Assembly: GCF_020745735.1 (NCBI RefSeq)
Contig: NC_083427.1
Span: 3,999,438-4,063,437, forward strand
Direction of reading: 5' to 3'
Origin: Hemiscyllium ocellatum
Taxonomy: Eukaryota
DNA: 64,000 nucleotides
Shown: positions 61,555 to 64,000 of the stretch, piece by piece
How the letters are laid out: each line of letters opens with the position of its first letter
Numbering within the stretch: position 1 is the stretch's first letter
Program-made: the position numbers and the translations under genes
Notes under the pieces: model-generated
The model's input: only the letters and a program-made list of their open reading frames with translations
Databases searched by the model: none
What the model was told of the DNA's origin: nothing

Positions 61555-62253
61555 ATGAACATGGCAGGAAAAAGCTCTGTTCATAAACTCTGGAAATGTG
61601 GAGACTGTGGGAAGGGATTTAATTATCCTTCTCAGGTGGAAATTCACCGATGTAGTCACACTGGGGAAAGACCGTTCACCTGCACCAAGTGTGGGAAAGA
61701 ATACGTCCAGGTAGCCCATCTGCTGAAACATCGGCTGATTCACTCTGATGAAAGACCTTTCAAATGTTTTGACTGTGGGAACTGTTTTAAAAGCTCTGAG
61801 GAACTAATGTCTCATCAACGTGTACACTCTAATGAGAGACCATTCAAGTGTTCCCACTGTGGGTCTGGATTCAAACGATCATCTCAACTCACTGAACACC
61901 AGCGAGTTCACACTGGAGAGAGGCCCTTCAACTGTTCTGAATGTGGCAAGAGATTCACTAATTCATCCAACCTTTTGACACACCAGCGGGTTCACACTGA
62001 TGAGAGACCATTTAAATGTCCAGACTGTGAGAAGTGCTACAACAGTTCCAGGGAATTGATGTCCCATCAACGTATTCACACTGATGAGAGACCTTTCAGG
62101 TGCTCGAACTGTGGGACTGGGTTCAGACGATCATCTCAACTTACTGAACACCATCTGCTTCACGCTGGGCAGAGGCCGTTCACTTGCTCAGTGTGTGGGA
62201 AGGGATTTTGTCAGTCTTCTAGACTGCTGAGGCACCACCAAGTTCATGAGTAA
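61555..62253 (+). CDS. C2H2 zinc-finger protein, 8 fingers
   Basis: 232-aa ORF with 8 C2H2 repeats; acceptor tttcacag at 61443-61450. Confidence 0.92.
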   Translation: MNMAGKSSVHKLWKCGDCGKGFNYPSQVEIHRCSHTGERPFTCTKCGKEYVQVAHLLKHRLIHSDERPFKCFDCGNCFKSSEELMSHQRVHSNERPFKCSHCGSGFKRSSQLTEHQRVHTGERPFNCSECGKRFTNSSNLLTHQRVHTDERPFKCPDCEKCYNSSRELMSHQRIHTDERPFRCSNCGTGFRRSSQLTEHHLLHAGQRPFTCSVCGKGFCQSSRLLRHHQVHE

Positions 62254-62779
62254 TTACAGTGATGGATTTTGGTCTTCACGTTATCCAGGACTATACAATG
62301 TTAACTCGAATCTTGTTTCTACTTACATGAATAACCTCCAGCCCAATTATAGGGGTAAATATCTGATATAAAAGGCAAATAAATCAATTTTTTAAAAGTG
62401 CATGATTTCCTTATTTAATGCATCCAACACTGGTTAGTGAACATTGAAGGTGACCTTCTCTCTCTTAGTCTCCTCCAATATCAGCAACAAGAAGTGCGAG
62501 GAGCTCATTGAGTTTGTCACTACAATCGACACAATCCGCTCAGCTGCCTCTCTCTCTCACACACTACCCCACCAGGCGAAACTGCCTCTCAGGTTTTTAC
62601 TCATCTGCTCCCTGAAGTTATGGCTTTTTGCATCTAGTTCCTATACACACTGGTGAGTTGATACTGAACGAAAAGGGTTTCATGTGATTGTTACAAGAAC
62701 TGTAGTACCCGCATTCACTGACGGTGCACGAAAGCGCTCACACCGCATTCCACTCGATTCATCTGGTCTCAGTGTGGAC

Positions 62780-63370
62780 AGACCTTCAGGTGATTGTGCA
62801 GCTTGCAACAACATCAGCGAGTTCACAACAGGGAGAGGTCATTTACCTGCTGTATGTGTGGCAAGGCATTCACTCCTCTGTTGTCACACCCATCAGTTTA
62901 TGCTGATGGAAGACCTTTTTAAAATGTCTCGAGTTCTGTAATTTTTCTAAAATATTGTGTGGAGCTTTTGTTAACCACTGATGAGAGACCATTCAGGTTC
63001 TCTCTCTATTTCTCTTTTTCTCTCTCTCTTTTCTTTTTCTCTCTCTTTTTCTTTCTCTCTCTCTCTCTTTTTCTTACACACACACTCTCTCTCTCTCATA
63101 TGTTGTGCTATGGGGATGAGGCTGTTCACCCACTTTCTGTGTGGGAAGACATTCACCCTGTTATCCCACCTCAATAAACAGCAACTTGTCCACACTGATA
63201 AGAAATTGTTTCAAAGTTCTCGCTGGGAGCAGTGATTTTAAAAGCAAAATAGATCTGCTCAAACAAACACACTCACACAAGTAAGAAGCTTTTTAACATT
63301 TTATGGTGTGGGAACAGATTTACTCAGTCATCTCACGTGCAGCACTGAGATACCAGCAAATTCACAGTTG
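62780..63370 (+). pseudogene. Decayed zinc-finger repeats downstream of the 61555 gene
   Basis: Remnants such as cagcgagttcacaacagggagaggtcatttacctgc, TTDERPFRFS and CGKTFTLLSHLNKQQLVHTD, split by a CT microsatellite. Confidence 0.7.
63000..63098 (+). repeat. (CT)n/(CA)n low-complexity tract
   Basis: Direct inspection. Confidence 0.9.
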
Positions 63371-64000
63371 CCTCTATTGTGCTATAATTGTGCAAATAAT
63401 CACATCTAGGCCTGAATCATGTTCAATCTGATAGTTGGTATTTGTTTCTGCTGGTGTTAACAATCCCTGTGACAGGGATGGAATTTAATATTCTGGGATA
63501 AGCATAAAGCCAATCAGCATTGCACGTACCACAACGGTTTGGATTTCTGTCTTTCCTGCTTGAGTGTTTACCATTAAGGGGCCGTAGATCACCTGGATGG
63601 AGGATTCCATCGCAGGAGCAGAAACCGATCCGAACAGCGTTCTTCAGGGTCACACTGAAAGAGACGAACAGCATGTTGGTTTCCAGGGAACACTGGATAC
63701 ATGCTGTCAAATCAGAGACTGGGGCCAATCCGGGATCTGTTCCTGACTGAACATGAGCCAGCAGGTTTAAGTTTCTGGTCTAAAAATAAATGTGGTCATG
63801 AGCCTGTGAAGGTTTCACATGTTTTTGTGGCAGTCTTGAATTTGCCATTTTAAAGCATGTGGCATCTCATTTTACAATGTAACATGGTTCAAATAAATAA
63901 TTTAAACTCTGCGTTAGAATGACTGGTGGAGGAGTTCACAGAATGTGTGTTATCACTCATCTGCTCCAAATGTTGGGAAGAGATTATCCCACCAGCTGAG

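Overview
Vertebrate genomic DNA, most likely from a cartilaginous fish (shark), inferred from HE1-like tRNA SINEs, CR1/HER1-like LINE tails and the style of the zinc-finger genes. The window is a cluster of C2H2 (Kruppel-linker) zinc-finger genes with no visible KRAB or SCAN domain. There are six intact genes, one with a nonsense codon in mid-array, several decayed finger relics and one orphan promoter. Six of the seven genes form three head-to-head pairs around GC/CpG-rich promoters with YY1, NRF1 and CCAAT motifs. Each gene unit repeats the same design: promoter, intron-1 YY1 module, a short exon 2 that copies the start of the ZNF exon, the ZNF exon and a conserved 3' element. The rest is dense repeat: CR1 and L2 fragments, SINEs, two solo LTRs, a Tc1/mariner-type MITE and a Penelope-like GIY-YIG fragment. 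The most striking hidden signal is that at least four families of short Penelope-related elements carry minimal type I hammerhead ribozyme motifs (CUGAnGA-stem II-GAAA-palindromic stem III) whose stems covary. Many are inserted as palindromes with 12-15 bp target-site duplications. One 41-bp tandem duplication (61032-61113) builds a complete type III hammerhead on the minus strand. All splicing, ribozyme activity and repeat family names are predictions made by eye.
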